NCBI GenBank assembly: GCA_965644295.1
Contig: CBFFRP010000564.1
Span: 1-28,031 of the forward strand
DNA from: Paraphysomonas bandaiensis
Taxonomy: Eukaryota; Protista; Chrysophyceae
DNA: 28,031 bases
Reading direction: 5' to 3'
The notes below the pieces were generated by a model. The model was not told where the DNA came from and did no database searches. It worked only from the letters and a program-made list of their open reading frames with translations. The translations under genes and the position numbers were made by a program. Positions 6,923 to 17,500 of this stretch are shown here, in pieces (the first letter of the stretch is position 1; each line of letters starts with the position of its first letter).

Positions 6923-9807
6923 ATGTTAATATCAACAAGCACATGCAAGTGGGTAATTATACAATTCCCAATGTCAAGCATGAATTGGACAAGATCATCA
7001 ATTTCCCATTGTATATGGACATCGACTTGACCAACGCTTTCCATCAGATACCTCTAGCGGAAGAAACATCAGAGAGGCTTTCTATCCAGACGCCATGGGG
7101 CCAATATGCGCCAAAGTTCATGCCAGAAGGTATTGCGCCGGCTACTGGAATTCTGCAAGAGGTAGTCAGGGAAATATTTGAAGATTTTTCTGACTGGGCC
7201 ATTGTAATATTTGACAACATGTTGATATTGGCCAACGACCCTCAAGATGCGTATCAGAAATTTGAGAAAGTGATTGACAGATGCATCGAGAGGAATCTCA
7301 AACTGAAAATGCCAAAGAGTTGGCTTGGATTTAGAAAAGTAGACTTCTTCGGATACGTATGCAGACACAAATCCTATGAAGTCAATCCTGAGAAGAAGGA
7401 AGCCCTAGGCAAAATCCCAATGCCTACCAACACCAAACAAGCGAGGTCTCTGCTTGGCAAGGGCGTGTTCTTTTCCAGTTTTACCCCTAGATATTCAGAC
7501 TTGGTTGCTCATCTCACGGATTTGACCAAATCGAAATTCAATTGGGACAAGACTACGTGGCGGCACGATTATGAGGCTGAATATCGTCGCTTCATAAAAG
7601 GCCTGCAAGATTCCTGCGAATTGTTCTACCCAGACTACAATTTGGAGTGGACACTGCGTACTGACGCTAGTGAGCTAGGAATCGGCTCGGTGCTTCTGCA
7701 GAAAAAGATTCTCGCAGATGGAACAGAGCAGTTGCAACCCATTGCCTTCCTGTCAAAGAAGTTTTCAGCTCAGGCTCAGAAATGGGCTACGATAGAGCAA
7801 GAAGCTTATGGTATTTACTACAGTGTCAAGCACTTAGCGTACTATTTGATTGGGAAGCAGTTCACTATAGAGACTGACCACAATAATCTCTTGTGGATGG
7901 AGACGTCTGAAGTACCTAAGATCACAAGATGGAGAATTTTCTTGCAATCTTTCAACTTCAGCATTAAACACATATCGGGTGCCAAGAATTGGTTAGCCGA
8001 TTGGTTATCTCGGGAGCATCAAGTTGCGGCGTTGTCCGGTATATTCTTAGATGAAGACTATGCCGATGCCTACTTCCTTGGAGAGGACTGCACTGAGGAT
8101 GAATTTTTTAACTTCTTGGGCAATTTTATGAACCCAGAAGACAGGGAAGTATCTCCTCATGCGCAAAGTTCAGTCACTCCCGAGGATGCCTTGCAACAAG
8201 TACATAATGCCCGAGTTGGACATCTCGGTGGGCGAGCCACTTGGATTCGACTTAATAAGCAATTCCCCGGCCATGGAATTCCTTACAAAGTAGTCGAAGA
8301 CTTCATTGCGAAGTGTCCAAACTGTGTTAAGACTAGATTGGCGATGAAAGAAGCGCTGATCCCTATAGTCCGAAACCTTAAGCCTCCGAGCGCTCGGAGT
8401 GCTATTGGTATTGATGCGGTAGAAATCACACCCCATGGTGCTGATGGATACACGCACATTAATGTCGTAGTCAACCTGTTCACCAAGTTAGTTTATCTTG
8501 AGCCAGTCAAAGGAGTGACTGCCCTCAACTTGGCAAACACGGTATGGAAGTATTGGAGTTACTACGGACACACTGATCTTATCATCTCAGATCAGGGTCC
8601 TGACCTAACTTCCGATCTTTTCAAACAACTGACTGAATATATGGGCGTCCGACACACCTTCAGCATAGCCAACAGGCATGCTAATGGTTGTGAACGCATC
8701 ATCGGTGAGGTGGTCCGACATTTGCGTGCCCTAGTATATGAAAACAGCAAGCGTGTAGAACGAAAGGATGTTTTTGAGGATCCCAGCTGGATACCCAGCG
8801 CTCAATACATTCTGAATTCAGAAGTCTCATCCGAGACGGGGTACTCACCCTTTGAGCTCACTTTTGGCTCTAATGATCTGGAATATTTAACTATGAATAT
8901 ACAGACTTTGCCTGAGCGTGCACACGCCAGACTGACTGCTCTTAATGAACAGCTAGAAGGCCTACGGGCGGCTTCCAAAACTTACCAGCAGCAGTTAGCG
9001 AGTGAACGTGCTGGGGAGGGAGTTCACCCGGACAAGCAGAACCGATATCAACCGGGCGACTTCATTTTATTTGACAAAGGCGCCAAGGTTCATCCCAAGA
9101 TGTCACATCGATACATGGGACCTTTTGTTGTTAAGACCCAGTACAAAAATGACATTGATTGTCAGCACCTTGCTACAGGGCAAGTGGTACGTGTTTCAGT
9201 GACAGACGTCAAACTGTTTCCAGGTGATAGAGAAACTGCGTACAGCATGGCTCTACGAGACCAGGATCAGCATGTCATTGACAAGATTCTCTACTATCGG
9301 GGTGACAGAGAGTCACGCTCCACTTTGATTTTTACTGTGAGATTTCAGGATGGTGATGTCAGAGAAGTGCCTTATAGCAAGGACCTTTTTGACTCAGTGC
9401 CTTACGCGGACTTTTGTTCCAGCAAACGGTACCTCTACCACCTGATTTATCCAGCGGAGGGTGCCAAGAAATATATCTCGGACATCCGACGCCAGTCTAT
9501 CACTCAGTTCAAACCCGGTGACCATGCATATGTTGACCTACGCATTTATGGCGACGTATGGTACGACGGACTGCAGTTACCAGACTCCCACTTACTGACC
9601 TATGTAGCTCCGATCCAGTTCACACACTGGTATCATCGAAGCTCTAGGAGAGTATTATCCGTCAAGGATCTTCTCACTCTCCGCACTTACCGTTATGACA
9701 ACTACCTCGTGCATTGTTTCGTTCACCCAGAACTAGACACTAGCACTATGGTACTAGTCGACAAGGACTTGGCTACACGCTACCCTCAAGTCCTTGAGTC
9801 CGTTTAG
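6923..9807 (+). pseudogene. pol: Pol of element B (RT C-part, RNase H, integrase, chromo-like domain), 5'-disrupted by insertion
   Basis: Colinear with A pol from (Y)VNINKHM versus A's DYVQINKHM. No stops or frameshifts up to TAG at 9805-9807. The computed start at 6895 lies in A's LTR and is an artefact. Confidence 0.93.
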
Positions 9808-9959
9808 AGCACGGGACCAATCAACTTACACGCGATCTTCCAACTCCAACGCTCCTCTGCTGCACCTTCGTTTTGATGGCTAATTTTTAGTTCCGTTGAA
9901 ATTTGTGGGCCGCAGAGTGACGCCCGTCTTCATCATTTCGCATAATACTTATATCAAAC

Positions 9960-9982
9960 AAAAAAAAAAAAGGGAGGCGGGG
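9960..9982 (+). promoter_or_regulatory. Polypurine tract of element B
   Basis: A12-GGGAGGCGGGG, then CAA, then TGTGACCACGTGGCAT. Confidence 0.88.
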
Positions 9983-10124
9983 CAATGTGACCACGTGGCA
10001 TTTCACATGCCTCAGTCACGTGTCTATAGTAAGTGCAAAACTACTAACTACGGGATGAAGACAGAGACGATAGAAGTATCAGAAACATATCATTATTACG
10101 CTACAGATTACTGAAGAACTAGCA

Positions 10125-10648
10125 CTAGGACGGGAGGTACAATTTCCCATAATCTGCCAACAGCTCTTCGCCGGCCGCAACTGCCCGAGTGGTCTGCACC
10201 CAGACCACGTCCAAACCGGACTCATCTACTACAAATTCGCAGTTGAAGCGCCAGCCAGCAGCATGGTCAGAAGGATACACCGTGTTTATATACCTACCAT
10301 GATTATGAGGCACCCGGGCCAAATAAGCTTGGGACCCCAGCGGCCAAAGGTAACCTATGTCCCGAGTGTCCCACACCTCTGGTAGAAGTCCAACACGCAC
10401 TGGCAGACTTCACCTCTTGCATCATACGATGACGAGTGCAAGTAAGGAACAACTTTGCACAGTTGCCTATGTGCATCAAGTTGTCCCTCGGGGCATCGAA
10501 CGGAGCGTTCCCACATACGCCTAGCAGCAGCCCTTTCACGGTAGGCACACCGATACCGATTGGACCTACGTAATAGAGAGCCCCGTCCCCTACGATTGCG
10601 AGGTTTAGGCTTAGTGGAGCCCGCTGCTGGATCTGTAGTGGCAGACAT
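10125..10648 (-). pseudogene. SET-domain gene of element B's LTR with an internal frameshifting deletion
   Basis: The N-part (VRCPEG...CKVVPYLHS...VCQCVLDFYQRCGT) and the C-part (DIGYL...NHGRYINT...NCEFVVDESGLDVVWVQTTRAVAAGEELLADYG) both match the A protein but lie in different frames. About 70 codons, including KGLFA, YSGE and YIDA, are missing at ~10360-10370. Confidence 0.9.
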
Positions 10649-10923
10649 TGTTTATGCAGCAATGGATATGATGTATGTATCTGATGTGGACATTGGTTCT
10701 TAGTCTGAGATAGTAGATGTAGAAAAAGCATCATACGGTATGCTGCACACTCACATACATGTTGGTCCATTGTAATACAGTAGCAGTACTCTGAATACGC
10801 AGTATTCAACGGCTAATTTACAAACTGGCGAGTGTGGTGTGTGGTGTCATCGCGAGTGTGGTGTGTTGTGCTTGTTCTATGTTGCATTGCTTTACAGCTC
10901 AGTGTTTTGTTAAGTGTTGTTCT

Positions 10924-11000
10924 GTTTGTACACTAGTGTTCTGACTTCACTGGAGGTGGGGTTTGCGCGGTGATTCTTGGAGGGAGTCACTAGTACAAGC
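10924..11000 (+). other. Predicted three-stem RNA structure in the LTR of B
   Basis: GTTTGTAC (10924-10931) / GTACAAGC (10993-11000) encloses GACTTCACT-GGA-GGTGGGGTT (10943-10963) and GTGATTCTT-GGA-GGGAGTCAC (10970-10990). Confidence 0.65.
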
Positions 11001-11134
11001 TTGCAACGCTTGACATACTGTTTAGAGTAATAATCATCCTGTTCTCCTGCAATCAGACGTACATATAGCTCTGGTTAACTCATTGTGTTTGTTTCTGCTG
11101 CACAGCCTTGGTTATCAAACCTGGCTGTGTCATA

Positions 11135-12172
11135 CAGCACCCTTCCACTTATTCTCTCCATCTGCTTCTTCACCCTCCTCACTTCACCCAGTCCCATCAA
11201 GTGCTCTAAGTCCGCTCTCCTCATGAGCTCTCTCGTCCTCATGCTCCACGGCTCCCACATCGTAGTTTGATATTTCACAGCCTTTCCCTGTACTCCTTCC
11301 ACAGCTCTTCTATGCTCTGTTTCCACAATCTTCCTCTGCTCTGCTTCCACCGTCTTCTTCTGTTCTGCTTCCACCATCTTCTTCTCCTTATAATAACATT
11401 TCGGGCAGCTCCTCATGTAGAATGGCACTGCACCTCTCTTCATCACCACACCGCAATCTCTACATCGCTTGTTCTCCGGCAGCGTCCTCACCCACTGGTG
11501 CTTGCCCTTCATTATAGCCCACATTTCATCTCGGTCAACCTCCTCCTTCGTCGCCTTTTCCTGCTGCTCCATCAACCAATCCGGTACCAATGTTTCCTCT
11601 GCAATCTCTCTTTCATCTTCCATAACAGTCTCTTTACTGCTTATGAACTTCAGCAGGTCTTCTTCCCCTTTATCCATGCATCTTTTCTCCTTCACCTCAC
11701 TCATCCTCATCTTTACTTCTTTCATCCGGTGCCTAGAGTACTCTAACAGTCCTCTGTCGCCCTCTTTATCGTGTTCGATTTTCCTTATTACTGCGCTCCT
11801 TCCTGAGTTTTCATCATCTTCGCCACTACTATCTCCCCCCATCTCCAGGTCCTTACTCATCAGCCTGGGTCCACGCCTCTCTTTTCCCTGTTCCTTTGTC
11901 TCCTCATGACCCCATCGGTCCTCCTGCACTTGGATTCGAGGCTCCTCCTTGGACTCTGGCTCCTTTTCTTCCCCATAGTAAAGATTGACATCCCTCTCAT
12001 CAGATGGTATCTCAATCTGGGACCGTGCCAACAATAGTGTGCTGGGTGGATCATGGCTGAGTTGGCCATCCTCAACCACGTTACCCAGCCCACGTTGTCC
12101 ACCAAGTGTGGCAACATCGGGTGATTGAGTATCATCCCTGTGGGTTTCAGTGAACATGTCATCTTTATCCAT
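11135..12172 (-). pseudogene. First ORF (gag position) of element C, truncated by insertion of B
   Basis: Glu/Lys/Arg-rich ORF with CxxC-x15-CxxC (CRDC...CPKC) and 8-aa tandem repeats (KKMVEAEQ/KKTVEAEQ/RKIVETEH/RRAVEGVQ). The last ~20 codons of the computed ORF are read-through into B's LTR. No capsid homology recognised. Confidence 0.55.
12089..12104 (-). promoter_or_regulatory. Primer binding site of element C, tRNA-Ala type
   Basis: The complement CCCACGTTGTCCACCA fits tRNA positions 61-76 with C61, U70 (the G3:U70 alanine determinant), discriminator A73 and CCA. It lies 2 nt from the LTR end. Confidence 0.7.
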
Positions 12173-14259
12173 GTGTGCAACAGACGGCAGGTAGATAGAC
12201 AGCGCTTAACTTCACCAACACTTATATTGAATGTCTGATTATTTAGCAATAGGCGTTGAAAGCCTGCACCAATTAGTGGCTAGAAGAATGCTAGTCATAC
12301 TAGTTAGACTACTACCCGTAACTAATCAATACAAACTCTTTTATCCTACTATTTAACGCTACAGAAGCTGCTTGTGCGTCGCCGCAAGCACCAAGGTGCA
12401 ACCACTTCCGTTCTTAGTGTGTGTTATGAGGCTCGCCATGATCGTGTGTCCTGGGACTCACCGGCGCGTGTGATCTGGAGGTCTCCTCTTGGGATGAGAC
12501 TCCACTCGCTATATGATAGATAGCCTTATGTACCTCACGGGGACTGACTTATTAGCCTTATGGCAGTTAGGGGAAACAGTAATATGCCCTTCTGAGATTG
12601 GCGATCTGGTGGCCTTCCTTTAGGCATTGTTCCAAGTGGCTCGGAGGTATGTGGATGAAGGTCTTGCAAAAGGTTATGGCCTACTGTGAAGAAGCGTCGA
12701 AATCGGCTCTTTTGCTGTCTTAGCCAGCGGTAGAGAACACATGCAAGAGGGTGTATAGCTGTACAGGGGTGGGATGTGAGGGTCATCCGGTGTGTCCAGC
12801 AACAGGGAGTCGAGAGGGAGTGTGATGGTGCAAGAGAGGCAACATCTGATTGAGGAGAGTGAGACTGCGCAACAGAACAAGAGTCACTGAGGTCGAGTAC
12901 TCTGATAGACCTATGCACGAGATGATCGTCATGATGATGATGGTCTGGAGGAGACACTCGGACGTCCTCAGCTGCCCTTGTTAGTGTCTGTGTTAGTGCA
13001 GGGGGGTACAGGCTGAGGCATAGAGTATGTGTGGAAGGAAGATGACGGCAAGGTATCAGAGACGAAGGGAGGGGAGATGGTTTGTCTGGGGGTTTTCTAG
13101 GAGGAGGTAGAGTGTACTGTGTGTGTGTATGACACTGCAGTGGTGTTATGAGTGTGTTGGACAGAGAGAGAGAGCTGGAGATGTGTCCAACAGTACAGGT
13201 AGACAGGTACATGGACATGGTGATGTGTCCAACAGCAGTAGAGGTATACACGGAATGGTATACATCCTGTAGGACACAGTAGTACAGTAGTCGAGTATAC
13301 CGTATGCGGAATACAGTGTCTATCCAATGAGATGGATGGGCTGTGGGGGTGATAGGTGAACAGGGTGAGGGGGTAGCCTGCTGGGTGGATGGACCACAGA
13401 CAAACCATGTTGGGTTGGGCTGGGTTGTCGTCAGGAGACGGCCCTGTTGTGCAGTGGAGAGGTGTCGAGAGGAGACAGGGGTTGCAGAGAAGGTACATGG
13501 GGGCCGTTTGCGTGGATCTGCTCGCACGAGCCATGCTGTAAGTGGTTGTATCCGTAGAGAACCGTGTAGGAGACGAAGGTGTCTCCTTAGGTGATAGCAT
13601 ATGCATGCGGTCAGCGCTGCATTGGTGCAGGCACGTTGTTTAACTGAAGTAGTTGAGTAGGGTGAAGGTTGCAAGGCCAGGCAGGGGGGCTTGGAGCGTG
13701 TACAACATGGTGTGACAGGTAATTTGTCGGAAGCGTGGTGGTCAACAAAATGCAGCAGTAAGGGAGTGTAAAAGGCCCTGGGCACACTGATGTGACTCAG
13801 CCACGTTCTCAATAGAGACATTGGGCTTGGAGCTGGTTAATAGGGTGAAACTTTATGTTGGACTGTATTTGCCATCGTAGGGCAGAGAATTTTTCACCAA
13901 CACTTAACTGTGCTTATTATACCCTTTTACCTTATAATTATGTCCTATCTAAAAACCCGTATAACTTAACCTGTTTTTCAATAGCTGTTCTAGAGATGGG
14001 TTTCTAGCCATAAATAGCTAGTTTCTACTTCCAGAAATATCCCGCCCCTACAGCAACCTTTTACTGTCCTACTATCTACTCCATATTGCCTCATACAATG
14101 CCTACACACTATACAACCCTGTATCTGGCCTTAATACTCGTATCCCTTGACCTTTTCTTAATCATCTTCTACCTCTTATTGCCTATACTACTTCATCTTG
14201 GCCCTTATATCACAACAACCTTATAATCCACCATTTCCACTACACCCAAAATTGCCACA
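12107..14259 (-). repeat. Putative 5' LTR of element C (2153 bp)
   Basis: Perfect 8-bp terminal inverted repeat TGTGGCAA/TTGCCACA with an adjacent PBS. The second LTR is not in the window. Confidence 0.68.
12535..13821 (-). CDS. 428-aa ORF of unknown function inside the putative LTR of element C
   Basis: Long ATG-started open frame rich in Pro/Thr/His/Ser/Cys, with RKRPP/RKPPD/RPPD motifs and an in-frame 42-bp duplication (~13180-13250). No recognised domain; the openness may partly reflect base composition. Confidence 0.3.
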   Translation of the reverse strand: MSLLRTWLSHISVPRAFYTPLLLHFVDHHASDKLPVTPCCTRSKPPCLALQPSPYSTTSVKQRACTNAALTACICYHLRRHLRLLHGSLRIQPLTAWLVRADPRKRPPCTFSATPVSSRHLSTAQQGRLLTTTQPNPTWFVCGPSTQQATPSPCSPITPTAHPSHWIDTVFRIRYTRLLYYCVLQDVYHSVYTSTAVGHITMSMYLSTCTVGHISSSLSLSNTLITPLQCHTHTQYTLPPPRKPPDKPSPLPSSLIPCRHLPSTHTLCLSLYPPALTQTLTRAAEDVRVSPPDHHHHDDHLVHRSIRVLDLSDSCSVAQSHSPQSDVASLAPSHSLSTPCCWTHRMTLTSHPCTAIHPLACVLYRWLRQQKSRFRRFFTVGHNLLQDLHPHTSEPLGTMPKGRPPDRQSQKGILLFPLTAIRLISQSP

Positions 14260-14526
14260 CTGTATGTCGTTATGCAGTGGTAGCTTATGTTAGAGGTAAT
14301 TATCAATATAATTAGAGGTAAATACCTAAAGAGTATTCTTATGCATTTTCTGGTAATGAGTAGTTGTGCAGTAGTACTCTAGAAATCTTTCATAAGATGT
14401 ATAGCTATATTTAGCCAACGATAGGTACATCTAAAATCAACAATCCTACCATTGTTTATATACATGGGAGTGATGTGCGCTAATATACTTACTATGGATA
14501 GATTGGGAAATACAAAGTGTACATTG

Positions 14527-17500
14527 CTACAATATAACACAGCCACCTTTTTTACCGGAGCCAGAAGCCGGAGCGCCTGGATCGCCCGTGCCATTATCCA
14601 CTGCTAAATTAGAAGCACTATCATTGTCAAACTTTTCCATTCTATCCACTGTGCGATCATACTCTAACGATGTCCGTCTCTTCTTCTCTTCGTCGGTTTC
14701 TTTTCGACTATCTACACTCGCTTCCTGACCGTCTGAAGGATTCGAGTCAGGCTTCTTGTCATCAGGAGCACGTTGAGTTGCTGGCGCCTTCGCGTCATCC
14801 GTTTTCTTATTATTATCATCGATAGTAGCATCTGCATTGGTTTTCTCGTCTGTGCAACTATCACCGCCAGTCAAACTTTCAGCTTTGGCATCTGTTGATT
14901 TCTGTTTCGTTGATTTACTTGATTCTCTTAGCAAAGCCTCCTCCACAACCTTCGGCATTTTTTTATCCTTTTCTCTCTGGGCTTTTAGTGCAGCAATTCG
15001 TTTCATTTCCTCCTTCATTTTCTCTTCTAAAAACTTCTTCTTCTCTTCCTTTAACCGTTTCTTGCGCTCGTCTTTCTTGGAATCATATATTTTCTTAGCA
15101 TTTTCTTGATCTTTTCGAAGCTTTTCGTCTTCAAGAGCCTTTCTAAGCTCATCAATACGCTTCTGACGTGCAGCTTCAAATTCTTGCTGCCTCTCAGCCT
15201 CCCTTTGTCGACGAAGCTCATTCTCATGTTCTATCTTTGCTTTTTGCGCCTCTACGATTGCTTGCTCCTTGGCAGCCTCTTGCTTCTTCAGTCTCTGCAT
15301 CTCAGCTACAGCTGCAGCATGTGTTTCTTCTTTCATCTTTTCTTCCTGACGTATATGTGGCACCAATTCGTGACATAGGAAATGTAAAGTAAATCTAGTA
15401 CCTTGATTTCGGCATCCTTCAGATCTTTTTCCTTCTGCACACATGCACACAACACGTATCTCGTGAAACACGAAAGACATAAAACAGTATTTACCTTTAT
15501 TCTAGCTTCTTCTAGCGCTCGTTCTTCCTAGAGTATATATATAATACGGCGCTATAAATATCGTTTGTACTCATACCTCTTCAGCCCGTCGAAGTTCTTC
15601 GCTCCTCTTTTTAACAGCCCGCTGCTGAACACTTGATAACATGCCGCGTATCCGTTTTTTACACACAGTGTTGAGACGAGATGCGGCAAATTGTACCTGA
15701 CATATACATGAGAAGTGATCACGTGATCGCATATTCCGTTATCTCACCTCAGCCCCCAGTGCAGGTGATATACAATCTGACGTTAAACTTTCAATAATAG
15801 AGCTATCCAAACAAGTCATAGGGTGGAAGCCGAACCCCGCAACCTGTATAATCGGCTGTCAGAAAAATATATATATGGGTCAGTCAGGCAAACCATAGCG
15901 TGAAGGGAATCTATACATAAAACAGCTACTGCATTGCAGAAATCCTTTTGCATAATACAGTTCGAATCATTATCATCAGAGCGGATAGCCGACAAAGCTT
16001 CCGTCATTTCTTCCGTATTTTCAGTGGATTCACTACAAATAGCTAAACAACACCTGCATATATATAAAACCAAATTGAATTGAAGCAAATCCTACCTCAC
16101 TATCTTATACAGAACTGCTGCCATCATGTTAACGCCGATGTGAACCCTTTCTATTCCAAACACAGTTAGATAGTAACACAGCCCTTTCGGCAATACACAC
16201 CTGACAGTGCGCACACAGCTGAGAGAATACTCTGAACAGACGACGCGTGAAATCGACTCGACACGTCCTGGAGCAACAATGAACTATAAAAAAATACAGA
16301 GTACAACTTACACAGGATATATTTCTATTGCTTTCTATAATTCGAAGCCTTCCAATAATCATGGCAGGAATTGTGACAATCAAAGAGTACAGCACTGCAG
16401 TATACTCCGCATTATTATATTCGTTCTGTGTCTCCTCGGAAACTTAAATATACCTCAGTTATTTTAAGATAACTTGGTAACTCAATACACTTACCTGTAT
16501 GAATCCTCATCACCAGTGCAACGGATTCTTCCCATAACTTAAAAAGAATCATTATCACGAACATAAAGTAATTAATTTACCTTTGCATCAACAGACAGTA
16601 ACATTTCACATGCTAAAACAGAATTAAGAATCATGTCATCTGCAGCGGAGCCGTTTCTCTCTTTATATTTACACGAATTCTCAACCTACAGCTGATGAAT
16701 ACAAAGCACATCTCAAGAACACTTCTTACACACCTCTGGTAATACTTTGATGACACCAAGCTTGCGGCGATTGACTGCGGATCGACTTGGAAGCTTCAAA
16801 CGGCGAGGCTTAAGATTATCTGCTTTAGAAGATACTTCTACTGGACATGGACTCTCAGGTCTTGTATCATGTGGAGAAGATAAAATTTCTTTGCTATTTA
16901 CACGGCTAACAGTCTCTGTGTTAGGTGCTTCTTCTTCCGGCACTACAGGGGGGCAAGGTTTGCAGGTGTTGCCATTTGCATCAAAACCATCTTTTTGAAT
17001 AAATTCTGTAATAGCTTCCTCAACTAAGCTGTCGATATCAATGCTGTCTAAACTGTCATCGGGCTTCATGCTCTTTTCTTCCGCTGATTCGGGACTTCCC
17101 ACAGCTGTGTGAGGATTCGGTGGCAAACCGGAAACAATTTCGTCATCAGAGCACGAATCGTCAAATTTACGAATTCCAAACAGCAACCGAAAATCACTCA
17201 TAAAAGATAATTTACTTGTCAGTTGGTTTAAGAACAAATAGTGGTCCAAGTGAAGCGCTGACATCGAATCAATAGAACCATCTGTGAAAATAATGTGTCA
17301 GATTTGGGGTGACAGAAGTAAATGTATTACCACGATCAGAGGCAAAACTATCACTATTCCCTTCGACATCTGAATTTTTTACGAAGCAACTGTACAGGTG
17401 AAAAAAAGAATCCCATCCTTTTTCAAGGTGTGACGCTGATCCAGGTAGCGATTGCTGCTTCGGTGTTGGGTACGACAAACAGTGACGGACCCAAACAATC

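Larger units (their letters stand above)
6923..11134 (+). mobile_element. Ty3/Gypsy LTR retrotransposon, element B (3' part; interrupted in RT by element A)
   Basis: pol from mid-RT to its stop at 9807, PPT at 9960-9982, LTR at 9986-11134. Same family as A but a diverged subfamily. Confidence 0.93.
9986..11134 (+). repeat. 3' LTR of element B (1149 bp)
   Basis: Same 5' end as the LTR of A, same internal SET gene and RNA structure, and an aligned GTCATA end. An end at 11136 (…CATACA) cannot be excluded. Confidence 0.82.
11135..14259 (-). mobile_element. LTR retrotransposon element C (5' LTR, PBS and start of first ORF), interrupted by element B
   Basis: On the minus strand: TGTGGCAA (14259-14252) ... 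TTGCCACA (12114-12107), a 2-nt spacer, then a PBS-like TGGTGGACAACGTGGG, then an ORF cut off by B's LTR. Confidence 0.72.

Noticed and set aside
1129-9202. Numerous 60-110 aa ORFs overlapping gag, pol and the SET gene
   Set aside because: Shadow frames of real coding sequence with no motifs, and not conserved as equivalent ORFs between A and B.
15346-15480. N-terminus of the computed 317-aa ORF (MSFVFHEIR...)
   Set aside because: It runs through introns and an exon in another frame; the true last exon starts at the AG acceptor at 15346-15347.
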